Origin: a virus
Length of the DNA: 64,000 nt
Reading direction: 5' to 3' (one strand)
IMG/VR virus record: IMGVR_UViG_3300024261_000009
Span: 1-64,000 of that record
Shown here: piece after piece, positions 1 through 8,742 of the stretch
Layout of the letters: the number at the start of each line of letters is the position of its first letter
Position numbering within the stretch: the first letter of the stretch is position 1
Made by a program: the position numbers and the translations under genes
Notes under the pieces: model-generated
What the model was told of the DNA's origin: nothing
Databases searched by the model: none
What the model saw: only the letters and a program-made list of their open reading frames with translations

Positions 1-330
1 ATGGACCTACTCGCTTACAGAGCGCCGCCTCCAAGACTACCAATGAGGGGCGCAGCCGTCTCAAAGCCGAGCCCCCTAAAGGCTCAAGTTAAAGAGCCCC
101 CTGCCACAGGAAATACTGTTCCCGCTAGTCCCACACAATCAGCTCCAGCTAGTCCCACACAACCGGCTACCGTGGTACCCCAAACAGCGCCTAGTTTTGG
201 AGCTCGATTCGGAGTTCCCTTGGCTGCAGGCGGCCTAGCCGCAGGAGCAGGCGGAGCAGGATATATGTATGGTACTCGGAACCAAGACCAACCCCTTAGG
301 AACGTAGTGCGACACTACACGGGGTACTAA
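1..330 (+). CDS. Pro-rich protein with C-terminal glycine-zipper segment (possibly N-truncated at window edge); putative virion protein
   Basis: ORF begins at base 1; PASPTQ repeat; hydrophobic GxxxG tail (LAAGGLAAGAGGAGYMYG). Confidence 0.5.
   Translation: MDLLAYRAPPPRLPMRGAAVSKPSPLKAQVKEPPATGNTVPASPTQSAPASPTQPATVVPQTAPSFGARFGVPLAAGGLAAGAGGAGYMYGTRNQDQPLRNVVRHYTGY
124..162 (+). repeat. 15-nt direct repeat GCTAGTCCCACACAA, 24-nt period (PASPTQSA/PASPTQPA)
   Basis: Identical copies at 124-138 and 148-162. Confidence 0.9.
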
Positions 331-337
331 TACGCGC

Positions 338-574
338 GTGGAGATCCTAATTTTTAGCCTTATAGGCTCGTTAATAGGCGTCTTGTGGGCACTTAGAGAA
401 GTCACCCGAAGAGTAGCTCGCTTAGAGGACACCTGCGCGGAGTTTCGCAAAGAGTGTGAGAAGCTGCAGACAAACAGCACGAGTAATACTCACAGTATCT
501 ACGCAATTCAGAATATGTCCTATCAACAGATAAGCCCCCGCTCTTACGGAACCCTGCCGCCTAACTGCTCCTAA
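338..574 (+). CDS. Small membrane-anchored coiled-coil protein
   Basis: GTG start; N-terminal hydrophobic helix (ILIFSLIGSLIGVLWAL) followed by heptad-like segment. Confidence 0.55.
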   Translation: MEILIFSLIGSLIGVLWALREVTRRVARLEDTCAEFRKECEKLQTNSTSNTHSIYAIQNMSYQQISPRSYGTLPPNCS

Positions 575-605
575 TAATTGACCAATTTTTGATAGTCAAT
601 AATTA
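572..605. promoter_or_regulatory. Imperfect AT-rich inverted repeat (operator-like), each arm containing TTGAC
   Basis: TAATAATTGAC (572-582) and GTCAATAATTA (595-605), 10/11 match, 12-nt spacer, intergenic. Confidence 0.35.
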
Positions 606-693
606 AAAAAAGACCTGAGCGCGCACTAACGCTGCCGATTAAAGGCCCCACGACCTACCTTTACCTTGGTAACACAACTATAAGGCGCAGATT

Positions 694-2097
694 GTGACCC
701 AGAACGGAAAAATAAAAGATGAGGATTCTTTAAGGGCGTTGGACCTGTACCTGGAGTACGGAAGCATGTCCGAGGTCGCACGAATTATGGGACTGTCCGG
801 GTACCACCGAGCTAAAACTCGGGTCCTAAAAGGCGCTGCTCTGCGAGGGGTAGAAATCCCTAGGGGCAAGGTGTCCGTTAAGCCTGCCCCCGACCGATCT
901 CGGTTGCGGGACCTAAAAAATAGAGAAGGCAAGTTCACAGACACCGTAACTGGAGATCTCTCTAGAGAAGTTTCCACCGTTAGCCGAAGAGTGCTTAATT
1001 TGGACGACCTTCTACTTAGCGCTGGGGTTGATAAGGGTGAGTGGAAAGTAGAGTCCTGGTCCGCTAACAAATGGGAAACCTTCTCCAAAACCGAGGGCGT
1101 AGTAGAGCTCTGGCAGATAAAAGCTAGCTTGATAAAGACGCCCGACTGGATAGTTAACCCAGTAGTCACAAGCCCTCCTATAAAGAGAAAAAGCAGAAGC
1201 AAAGCCTCAACCAAGACTTCTGGAATCGAGACTGTCTTGGTAATACCCGACAGCCAGAACGGATACACTTACGATCCAAAGACGCAGTACTATGACCCTT
1301 TGCATGACCGAAGGGCCTGGGATGTTTCTATCCAAATAGCCAAAGACATGAATCCTGACAAGGTAGTCCTACTGGGAGACATGCTTGATTTAGCCCCGTT
1401 CTCCAGGTTCCCAACAGGTCCGAACCTCAGACACACAACCCAGCCCTCGCTTCTCGAGTTGCACTGGTGGCTCTCACAGTTGAGAAAAGCTTGTCCTTCC
1501 CAGCCTGTAAAATTCCTCGAGGGAAATCATGAATCCCGCATATATAGGGCTATTATAGACCAGTTCGCGGGAGAGTTTGCTACCTTAACGCCTGCAGATG
1601 ATCCTGACGGGCACAGTCTTCTAAGTATTGAACGCCTACTTGGGTTGGACTCGCTGGACATAGACTATATTTCCCCCTACGGCAAAGCCTGGTGGTTATG
1701 GAATAAGGTTATGTTTCATCACGGAACCACCGTCAGGAGCAACTCCGGAGGCACGGTGGCTGCCGTGTTGAAAGACGCTAACCACCACCAGGTCTTTGGA
1801 CATATTCACAGAACGGAACTAGCTTCTAAGAGACTTCACGGCCCTAATGACACTTCTAGGGTTATATATGCCATGACTCCCGGAAGCTTGTGCCGGACAG
1901 ACGGAGTTGTACCCTCGGCTTCACCCCGCTTAAACTGGCAGCAGGGGTTGGGTGTCGTCCAGTTGGACGAGGCTACCGGGACAGTTCACATGAACGTTAT
2001 ACACATAGAGGACGGCGTAGCTCTATACGGAGGTAAGAGGTACGAGGGACGTGAGCGGCGGGAAGAGATAGCCGAGGGCACAGGGTGGCCTTTCTAA
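694..2097 (+). CDS. Calcineurin-like metallophosphoesterase with N-terminal HTH-like region
   Basis: Motifs VIPDSQ, LGDMLD, EGNHE, FHHG, GHIH; N-terminal SMSEVARIMGLS helix-turn-helix-like. Confidence 0.85.
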   Translation: MTQNGKIKDEDSLRALDLYLEYGSMSEVARIMGLSGYHRAKTRVLKGAALRGVEIPRGKVSVKPAPDRSRLRDLKNREGKFTDTVTGDLSREVSTVSRRVLNLDDLLLSAGVDKGEWKVESWSANKWETFSKTEGVVELWQIKASLIKTPDWIVNPVVTSPPIKRKSRSKASTKTSGIETVLVIPDSQNGYTYDPKTQYYDPLHDRRAWDVSIQIAKDMNPDKVVLLGDMLDLAPFSRFPTGPNLRHTTQPSLLELHWWLSQLRKACPSQPVKFLEGNHESRIYRAIIDQFAGEFATLTPADDPDGHSLLSIERLLGLDSLDIDYISPYGKAWWLWNKVMFHHGTTVRSNSGGTVAAVLKDANHHQVFGHIHRTELASKRLHGPNDTSRVIYAMTPGSLCRTDGVVPSASPRLNWQQGLGVVQLDEATGTVHMNVIHIEDGVALYGGKRYEGRERREEIAEGTGWPF

Positions 2098-2754
2098 TTA
2101 TACAGCGAGCAGTTCCCTTAGGGCACGCCTAGCCCTGTGTATGCGAGACTTCACAGCGGCCGGGGATAGGCCCATTCGTTCGCCTAGACTAGCTAGGTCT
2201 GTGCCTTCCATTATCTGACTCCACAGAGGAAACCTGTACCCCTCAGGAAGTTCTTCGATACCTGCGAGGGCTTTCCTTAGCGACTCCCTACCCATAAGCT
2301 GGTCTTCTAGAAGGTAGCTATTTTCAGTAATGCCAATAACGTCGTCTATAGACTGCTCCCCAAGCAGCTTAAGCTCTTTTGCCTCCCTACGCCTCCTAGA
2401 CCTAAGGTGCATTCTTATGGTGTTAGTTCCTATTACGTAGAACCAGGAGCTGAATTTACAGTCTCCTCGAAAACCGCCAATCTTATTAAAGGCTTTTATG
2501 CATGCTTCCTGAACGACATCATCCGCTCCGTTCAAGCCGACAGCTTTTACAGCACGCCACTTAAGCTTGGGTATCAGGGGTTTGATTAGTTTTTCGAAAG
2601 CCCTATGGTCTCCAATTTGAGCCAATTCTAGCAGGGGAGGTTCCACTTCTATCTCCTTAAGGTCCACATAATTAATGTGGTCCCTAAAAGAGTCGGCATC
2701 CATAGGTGGGGCACAGTTACCTACATCTTCGTACATTGGGGTCTTGGCTAACAT
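2098..2754 (-). CDS. ECF (group 4) sigma-70 family factor
   Basis: Region 2 DDVVQEACIKAF...KFSSWFYVIGTN; region 4 LGLSPAAVKSRIHRARRAL-type HTH (MGLSPAAVKSRIHRARR); GAGG SD upstream. Confidence 0.9.
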   Translation of the reverse strand: MLAKTPMYEDVGNCAPPMDADSFRDHINYVDLKEIEVEPPLLELAQIGDHRAFEKLIKPLIPKLKWRAVKAVGLNGADDVVQEACIKAFNKIGGFRGDCKFSSWFYVIGTNTIRMHLRSRRRREAKELKLLGEQSIDDVIGITENSYLLEDQLMGRESLRKALAGIEELPEGYRFPLWSQIMEGTDLASLGERMGLSPAAVKSRIHRARRALRELLAV

Positions 2755-3555
2755 TTTTCCTCGGGGTTAGGCCCTTCGTTAAGGACACCTAGGTACTTAA
2801 CACTAATTCAATACCGAGAACCTAAAAAGACAACACGAAGTTGTTATAGTTGTTAGCAGACAGCAGAGTTCCTCGGAGTTCGTTTCCAAAGTTCTCTCCG
2901 AGAGAACGAGGAAAAGAATCCGGGAGCTTCTGCAGGCTCGAACAAACTAATAAATGGCTTAGAACCATTAAAACGTCCTACCAAAGAAACGTATCGTTTC
3001 CTACATAGGGCAGCTGTTGTCTTAGTCTTGGTGGGCTCTTAAGTCCCGATCTCTGGGACTTAAGATTTTAAGTTAGTAGAAGCCTGAAAATATCAGGCAC
3101 CAAAAATGACTAGAGATCTGTCTATTTGGATTTTTAAGACTCACGTATTTACGTTCGAAGTTCTACTGCAGAGTTCCGGGACTGAATTTCTTCCTTTCAA
3201 AGAATCTAATTTTGGAACCCAACATAACGTAAAAGGGTGGCGGAAGCCGCTCGTGGCGACCAGGCCGACCCCGGTTAGCACCGGGGAAACACTAAGAAGA
3301 CGTATCGTCTCCGATCCCAGAAGGATCTTAGTGCTGAGTCTAGAACCTCCATAATCACGAACGCGACTATCGGTGGGTTGTTGGATAAAAAACTAAAGAG
3401 AGGTACTATGCGAGAGGTAGACAGGACTTAATAAATTGTACGCGCGTACTAAGCCCCCTAACGACTGCAGGGAGGACATTTTTTAGGTTTACCCTAGAGA
3501 GATCTCACAAGGCGGCCAACCTGATAAGAAATCTCTAGCATCAGACTGTTGTCTA
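2755..3555. ncRNA. Candidate large structured non-coding RNA or structured DNA element (about 800 nt)
   Basis: No convincing ORF; many stems, e.g. 2891-2907, 2953-2969, 2986-3000, 3037-3065 (11 bp perfect), 3082-3098, 3237-3250 (GGAA tetraloop), 3269-3286, 3290-3333; long-range pairing 2920-2943 with 3153-3179. Confidence 0.5.
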
Positions 3556-3633
3556 TTGCATACTCTTATACCTGCAAATAAGCTAAATTTGCGCATTTAT
3601 GGTCACAACTACAGAAACCTTAAGGAGACTCCA

Positions 3634-4302
3634 ATGCCTCGAAAGTTATCGGATATCGGAAGTAACGGGGGCAGTATGGACCTTGGTTCCGAACTAACCT
3701 CTGACGCTAGTATTACCCCAGAAATAACTCCCAGGGATACTCAAAACCTACGGGGGGAAGTCGAGTCTGATCCCGATGTTTCTCCAGGATCCGAGTCCCC
3801 CGAGGCTTCTGGGACTGCAGAGGAAAACCTGAAAGAGTACCTGGACACGCCGAGGTCCCTGTGGCTAGAAGAGTTAGGGACGCTAAAAGTAACCCCGGAG
3901 GAAGCAGCAAACATCTTTGACGTGGTTATGTCTACCGGCAAGTACCTAGAGACTTACCGGGTTGGGAAAACCGTGGTTAAGATTAGAACACGGACCACAG
4001 TAGACGCTGATCGAACGATAGAAATACTTCAAGAGCAGCGCCCTGAGTCTGCCGCGGTGTACTCACACCTAGTTTCCAGGGTCAACCTTGCTTCGAGTTT
4101 GGTAGAGTACGGAGAAAGTAAATTTCCGCACACCGCCCCCTCGGAGGATAATCGGGAGAGGCTCGACTCGGAGTGGAGGGAGCGTTACCGCTTTTGCGCT
4201 GCTTTACCCGCCCCCGCGTTTTACGCCCTGAGTCAGATCTTACAAAAGTTTGACGAGAAGGTCTCTCTATCTTGTGACGCCAGGAGTCTGGAAAATTTTT
4301 AG
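3634..4302 (+). CDS. Tail assembly chaperone (gpG-like)
   Basis: AGGAG SD before ATG 3634 (track start 3556 probably too early); lies upstream of the tape-measure-like gene; ends on a slippery heptamer. Confidence 0.65.
   Translation: MPRKLSDIGSNGGSMDLGSELTSDASITPEITPRDTQNLRGEVESDPDVSPGSESPEASGTAEENLKEYLDTPRSLWLEELGTLKVTPEEAANIFDVVMSTGKYLETYRVGKTVVKIRTRTTVDADRTIEILQEQRPESAAVYSHLVSRVNLASSLVEYGESKFPHTAPSEDNRERLDSEWRERYRFCAALPAPAFYALSQILQKFDEKVSLSCDARSLENF
4293..4299 (+). promoter_or_regulatory. Programmed -1 ribosomal frameshift heptamer A AAT TTT
   Basis: X XXY YYZ heptamer directly before TAG 4300-4302; -1 frame is open from 4299 into ORF 4386-4640; downstream stem GGGGAA 4312-4317 / TTCCCC 4348-4353. 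Confidence 0.8.
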
Positions 4303-4640
4303 AGACCTCTTGGGGAAGTGCTCGAGCGGAGCTCATCCTAGAAGGAGTTCCCCTCCCCCCAAGGGGTAGTGCTAAGAGCGCAGTTATGGAGGAGATGGTA
4401 AATAGAAGAAGAGTACGCGCTTGGAGGGCTCAGGAGATGGCACTTTTGGCTCAGGCGTACACTTCTACAAGAAATGAAAAACTTTTTGAGCGTTTAGGCA
4501 GTCAGGCGACTAAAATTATGTCAATGGTCCTCCACTTGCCGGGGGCCTATGAGCCTGAGCAGCTTCCAGAGCCTGAGACAGCGTCTCCCTCGGATGTAGA
4601 ACTCTTGGCTCTATTGGACAAGAACTTGCCGGATCTTTAG
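4299..4640 (+). CDS. Frameshift extension of tail assembly chaperone (gpGT-like; includes track ORF 4386-4640)
   Basis: -1 frame reads LETSWGSARAELILEGVPLPPRGSAKSAV then MEEMVNRRR without a stop. Confidence 0.7.
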   Translation, partial: LETSWGSARAELILEGVPLPPRGSAKSAVMEEMVNRRRVRAWRAQEMALLAQAYTSTRNEKLFERLGSQATKIMSMVLHLPGAYEPEQLPEPETASPSDVELLALLDKNLPDL

Positions 4641-4650
4641 GGGACCCTAA

Positions 4651-7600
4651 ATGGCTGATAATACTTTCTCTAGCATAGCCCAGGGATACTCTGGTGCCCA
4701 GGATGCCCTCAGAGGTCTGGGAATGCTCCCAGGGTCCTTTCGCCCTATGGACGGGGGAGGAGCCTCACTACAGGTTCCCACCATAGCGCCCATGCATACA
4801 CAACCCATGTTTATGCCGCGCCCTCCCATGAGCAGCACACTGCCCTTTCCTTCCCAGTCCCCCCAATTTGCCCCTCAGTCGGGTCCCGGGATCCCTGCTC
4901 CCATGCACCCGAGTATGATGTCGCCTCGCATGAGTGCCTTTGCACCTCAGCAAGGGACTTACCTCCCTCCGGTACCCGCGGCTCCTACCGCTATGGGGAC
5001 CCTTGAGGCTCGAAGAATCCTAATGGGGCAGCAGACTATAGGCACCAACCAGAACGTACTTAAGACTCGGGCCCAGGCAGCGGCCACGTACGGAGCCTTT
5101 TCAGACTCTCTGTCCGTAATACCAGGAGCCCTGGGCGCTGGGTTTGCAGGATCCAAACTGGGTGGAGCCGTGGGCGCTATGGCAGGCGGTGTCGGTGCCC
5201 CCGTAGGAGCCGCCCTTGGTGGTATTGCTGCTAGTATGGGGTACGCGGCGTTTCATAACTACGCGGATGACTACGCCCGGGAGCGGGAACAACACGCCGC
5301 TATGGGAGGGTATAGCCTCCGAGGAGTGACCTCAGGCAATATGGTGGGTGCCTTCGGAACCGGAATTAGTCCGATGAAGCAGATGCAACTTTCGAAGCAA
5401 ATGATTTCTCAGGCTAAGCAGTCTGGGTTTCACGAGACCTTAAAGGGAGGAGACTTCTCTACTACCCTAGGCATGGCTTCTGAGATGGGTCTTATGCGAG
5501 GCCACACAAACGATGTGGGCCAGACAGTTTCCCGTGTTAAAAATTTGGCTACCGTGGCTAGAGACATAATGCGCCTAGGAGAGGGGATTACCCAGCAGGA
5601 TGCCATGGAACTACAAGCGCTTACCCAAGGTTTGGGGGTTAGTACGGGCACTTTCCAAACCCACAACCTGGGGCAGAAATTGGTTACTGCCGCTAAGGTA
5701 GCGGGCGTATCCCCAGGTCAAGCAACTCAACAAGGCTTTGTGGCTGGGGCCCAGGCTTTTCAGCAGGCCGGGATGTCCTCTGTTCTTGGGGGACTTACAG
5801 GGTTAAGCACTCTTACTCAAGCAGGGTCAATAGCTAATTCTGGTAATCTAACCGCAAGCCAACTAGCCGCTCTCGGCGGGCAGAGAGGACTTCACCGAAG
5901 CCTTCTCGGAGCACATACCGGTTTTCTATCAAATAATATGGGATCTATGGCGTTGGGGTCTATAGATACGGATGGGAACCTTGACCTAGATTCTTTTCAG
6001 TCCAACCTGTTGGGGTCCGGAGGCTCTGTAAGAAGTATGAACCTTCGGGGTCGAAAAGCCCTGCGTGGGGACGACCTAACTTCGGGACAGATTGGGTTGA
6101 GAAAGCAGCTCCTCTTAGAAAAAATGCCAGATATGACGCGAAAGATGCAGGAGGAGATGACTCCTATGCAAACTAACGCGCTCATGGTTAGGCAGGTTAC
6201 CTCTAGGATGGAGGAGGCGATGAGCACGGGCCGATTTGTCACTGACACCCAGGCAGCGGCTAGTCTGGGCGTAGCTCCCGAGCAGTGGAGCGCCGTTAAG
6301 TCTTCAATGAGTAATATAGATTCTCAGGTAAGGGACATAAACCGTCAGGAGAGGCTGGTTAGCCGAGAGAAGCGTGCCCGGGGTGCAGCTGAGTATGATG
6401 ACATGACTCGGAAAACAGTGTGGCAGGAGTACGCCCCAGACTGGGCCCAGTCAGCGGCCTCCTCGACAGGAGAGTTCTTCTCTGATTTGACTACGGTCTC
6501 CGAATGGGACAACGATGTGGGAAGGATGGTCCGGCGCAGGACTAAGGAAAGAGCTGTCAGGTCTTCTTTAATTGAAGCGAATGCAGCAGGAAGTCGCCTA
6601 GGCCAGGAGAAAGCCAACACATCTTCTGTACGCTTTAACGAGGGTCAGAGAAAGCTGCTGAATGAGGAAGGTACTCAAGAGTTTCTCGATTCCTTAGGGG
6701 GGCTGGGAAATCTAGGTAAGGACGTCCGTACCAGTACCGCCTCTAGAGGGGGATTCAGAATGACTGCTCCAGAGTTGGGGCGTTTAGCGTCTGGTCAGGA
6801 GGAGACGTTTGGAGACGATTTCCAGGCAAGTGAAACCCTACAAAGAAACTTTAACTTCTTAGACCCCCAGGGCGGTGACGGTCTCGCTAAGTTTGCAATG
6901 ACGGCTAGTGAAGAGCGAGATTATATTTACGATAGTGCTAAACGCAACCTTAATTCGGCGGGTTCCCTCAAGTACTACTCCGAGACAGTAGGGGGCTCGA
7001 CCAACCGGTCTTATATAGGGGATGTTGACTTTTCCAGGACGGGCAGAGGCTTGGATAGTGCAAACCTGAGTGATAAAGAGCGAAGTCGTGTCGCCGCTCT
7101 TATAAAGAGCACTGTTAGGTCTACGGCTGGTAAGCAGTTTGATTTAGCCTTTAACGACGGGAAAGACCCTAGTCTTAAGGAGCTTACCAACATGAACCTC
7201 AAGGTAGGGCAAGATGTTGATGCCATTCTCAAGAGAGAGAATATCACTCTGACCGCAGAGGACCGAGAGAACCTTAGATCCAGAACAAGTGAACTCGCAG
7301 AGAGAAGCGCGGCCCAAAAAATGGGAGAAACAGAAAAAAGCCGAAAGTTCGGAGCTAAATACATATCCTCCGTCGAGGGCGTTATTAATGAACTAAGTAA
7401 TGAGGACTTTGCCTTTAATGACGGGTTCAAGAATGCCGACTCGGGCGCTGCGGGAATAAACACCTTCCTTAATAATGCTCGCCCCTCCGCGCAATCGAGG
7501 CCGGATGGCGGTATCTTCGAAGAGCTAATTCCGGGGCCTTGGGCGACGGAGGCGCTGCGGGAATACGGCCGTGATCTGCAGGTCCCGCACGACTTGGAAG

Positions 7601-8535
7601 ATTACAAGGGCAAGCAACTTTCCGCTCATTTTGAGGTCCTTGAGACTTCTGGCCTTAGCGGCAAGGATCAAAAGTTGGCCATGTTGGCTATGGGCTTCCG
7701 AGATGACCAGTTTGATTCTGGGCACCAGGAGACGGTCAAAAGAACCGGGTTTAATAAGGATCAGATCCAGAATATGCGCCGCCGTATGATGTCTGGGGAC
7801 CTCGCGTCTCTGGGCAAGAAGTATACAGATAAGGGGTGGGAAGAGGGAGCCGACGGAGTCTTTAGTTTGGGCGATAGTTTTAATAAGTCGAACTTATTCA
7901 AAGACGAAAACATGGATAAGCTTATCAAGGCTAAGGGAGGCCAGCAAGCCCGGTCCCACTTGAACATAGGTCTAGGAAACATAGGGTTTCACGGAGGCGG
8001 TAATACAGAAGGCCTAGACTCGGAAAACGACACTGTAGAGCAGTTGAAAGCCAAAGACTTCCTAAGTCCTGAGGAGATACAGGCGGCAGTAAAGCAGGCT
8101 ACTAAGACCGGGGTTTCCGTACAGGAGGCACTCCTTGGAAAAGAGGGGATGGCCGCTGATAAGGTCGCTAAAGTCATAAAAAGTGGGTCTAGTGTTGAAG
8201 GTCTCTTAAGAGAAAAGGCAAATCTAGCCCAGTACGGAACAGCGGAAGAAAAAGCCGACGCTGAGAAGGCTATACGAGCAATCGTACAAAGAACCTTGGT
8301 AGACGCTGGAGACTCCGCGGCCAGACAAGGGGAGAGTACCGGCAGTTCCGCTTCAGCCAACGCGGGTGATTTTGGTAACGCTGTTAAAGAGTTTAAGACG
8401 ACGATAAATTCCATGAATCAGTACGCTTCCGGGAAGTCTCTAGAGACAGTACTCTCGGGCCACTTGAGTGCTTTTCGTGATATTAGGGATTCTTTATCTG
8501 AGTTGAAAACAGCGATAGTAAAACTTAAGGACTAA
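4651..8535 (+). CDS. Tape measure-like protein
   Basis: 1294 aa, Gly/Ala/Gln-rich helical, glycine-zipper hydrophobic segment near aa 150-200; follows G/GT chaperones and precedes baseplate genes. Confidence 0.7.
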   Translation: MADNTFSSIAQGYSGAQDALRGLGMLPGSFRPMDGGGASLQVPTIAPMHTQPMFMPRPPMSSTLPFPSQSPQFAPQSGPGIPAPMHPSMMSPRMSAFAPQQGTYLPPVPAAPTAMGTLEARRILMGQQTIGTNQNVLKTRAQAAATYGAFSDSLSVIPGALGAGFAGSKLGGAVGAMAGGVGAPVGAALGGIAASMGYAAFHNYADDYAREREQHAAMGGYSLRGVTSGNMVGAFGTGISPMKQMQLSKQMISQAKQSGFHETLKGGDFSTTLGMASEMGLMRGHTNDVGQTVSRVKNLATVARDIMRLGEGITQQDAMELQALTQGLGVSTGTFQTHNLGQKLVTAAKVAGVSPGQATQQGFVAGAQAFQQAGMSSVLGGLTGLSTLTQAGSIANSGNLTASQLAALGGQRGLHRSLLGAHTGFLSNNMGSMALGSIDTDGNLDLDSFQSNLLGSGGSVRSMNLRGRKALRGDDLTSGQIGLRKQLLLEKMPDMTRKMQEEMTPMQTNALMVRQVTSRMEEAMSTGRFVTDTQAAASLGVAPEQWSAVKSSMSNIDSQVRDINRQERLVSREKRARGAAEYDDMTRKTVWQEYAPDWAQSAASSTGEFFSDLTTVSEWDNDVGRMVRRRTKERAVRSSLIEANAAGSRLGQEKANTSSVRFNEGQRKLLNEEGTQEFLDSLGGLGNLGKDVRTSTASRGGFRMTAPELGRLASGQEETFGDDFQASETLQRNFNFLDPQGGDGLAKFAMTASEERDYIYDSAKRNLNSAGSLKYYSETVGGSTNRSYIGDVDFSRTGRGLDSANLSDKERSRVAALIKSTVRSTAGKQFDLAFNDGKDPSLKELTNMNLKVGQDVDAILKRENITLTAEDRENLRSRTSELAERSAAQKMGETEKSRKFGAKYISSVEGVINELSNEDFAFNDGFKNADSGAAGINTFLNNARPSAQSRPDGGIFEELIPGPWATEALREYGRDLQVPHDLEDYKGKQLSAHFEVLETSGLSGKDQKLAMLAMGFRDDQFDSGHQETVKRTGFNKDQIQNMRRRMMSGDLASLGKKYTDKGWEEGADGVFSLGDSFNKSNLFKDENMDKLIKAKGGQQARSHLNIGLGNIGFHGGGNTEGLDSENDTVEQLKAKDFLSPEEIQAAVKQATKTGVSVQEALLGKEGMAADKVAKVIKSGSSVEGLLREKANLAQYGTAEEKADAEKAIRAIVQRTLVDAGDSAARQGESTGSSASANAGDFGNAVKEFKTTINSMNQYASGKSLETVLSGHLSAFRDIRDSLSELKTAIVKLKD

Positions 8536-8544
8536 GGACGGATT

Positions 8545-8742
8545 ATGAAAAAGCCACCCACTATTACCATTCCCAGTGGAAGAAATTATCTAGAATACAT
8601 CTTGTCAGGGCTGATATCCAGCTTTAAGAAGGGGCGAAAGGTCGCTACTGTCGATGTGGTCAATATACATGCGAGAGCAGACTCCATGGACCGTCAGAAT
8701 GTTGTCTTAATACGTTCCGAGGAGGACCCCGATGCCCAGTAA
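8545..8742 (+). CDS. Small hypothetical protein, tail module
   Basis: AAGGA SD, ATG start, overlaps next gene. Confidence 0.55.
   Translation: MKKPPTITIPSGRNYLEYILSGLISSFKKGRKVATVDVVNIHARADSMDRQNVVLIRSEEDPDAQ

Noticed and set aside
3106-3354. 82-aa ORF inside the structured non-coding region
   Set aside because: No clear SD, no protein-like features, and it runs through several strong hairpins; more likely a chance ORF
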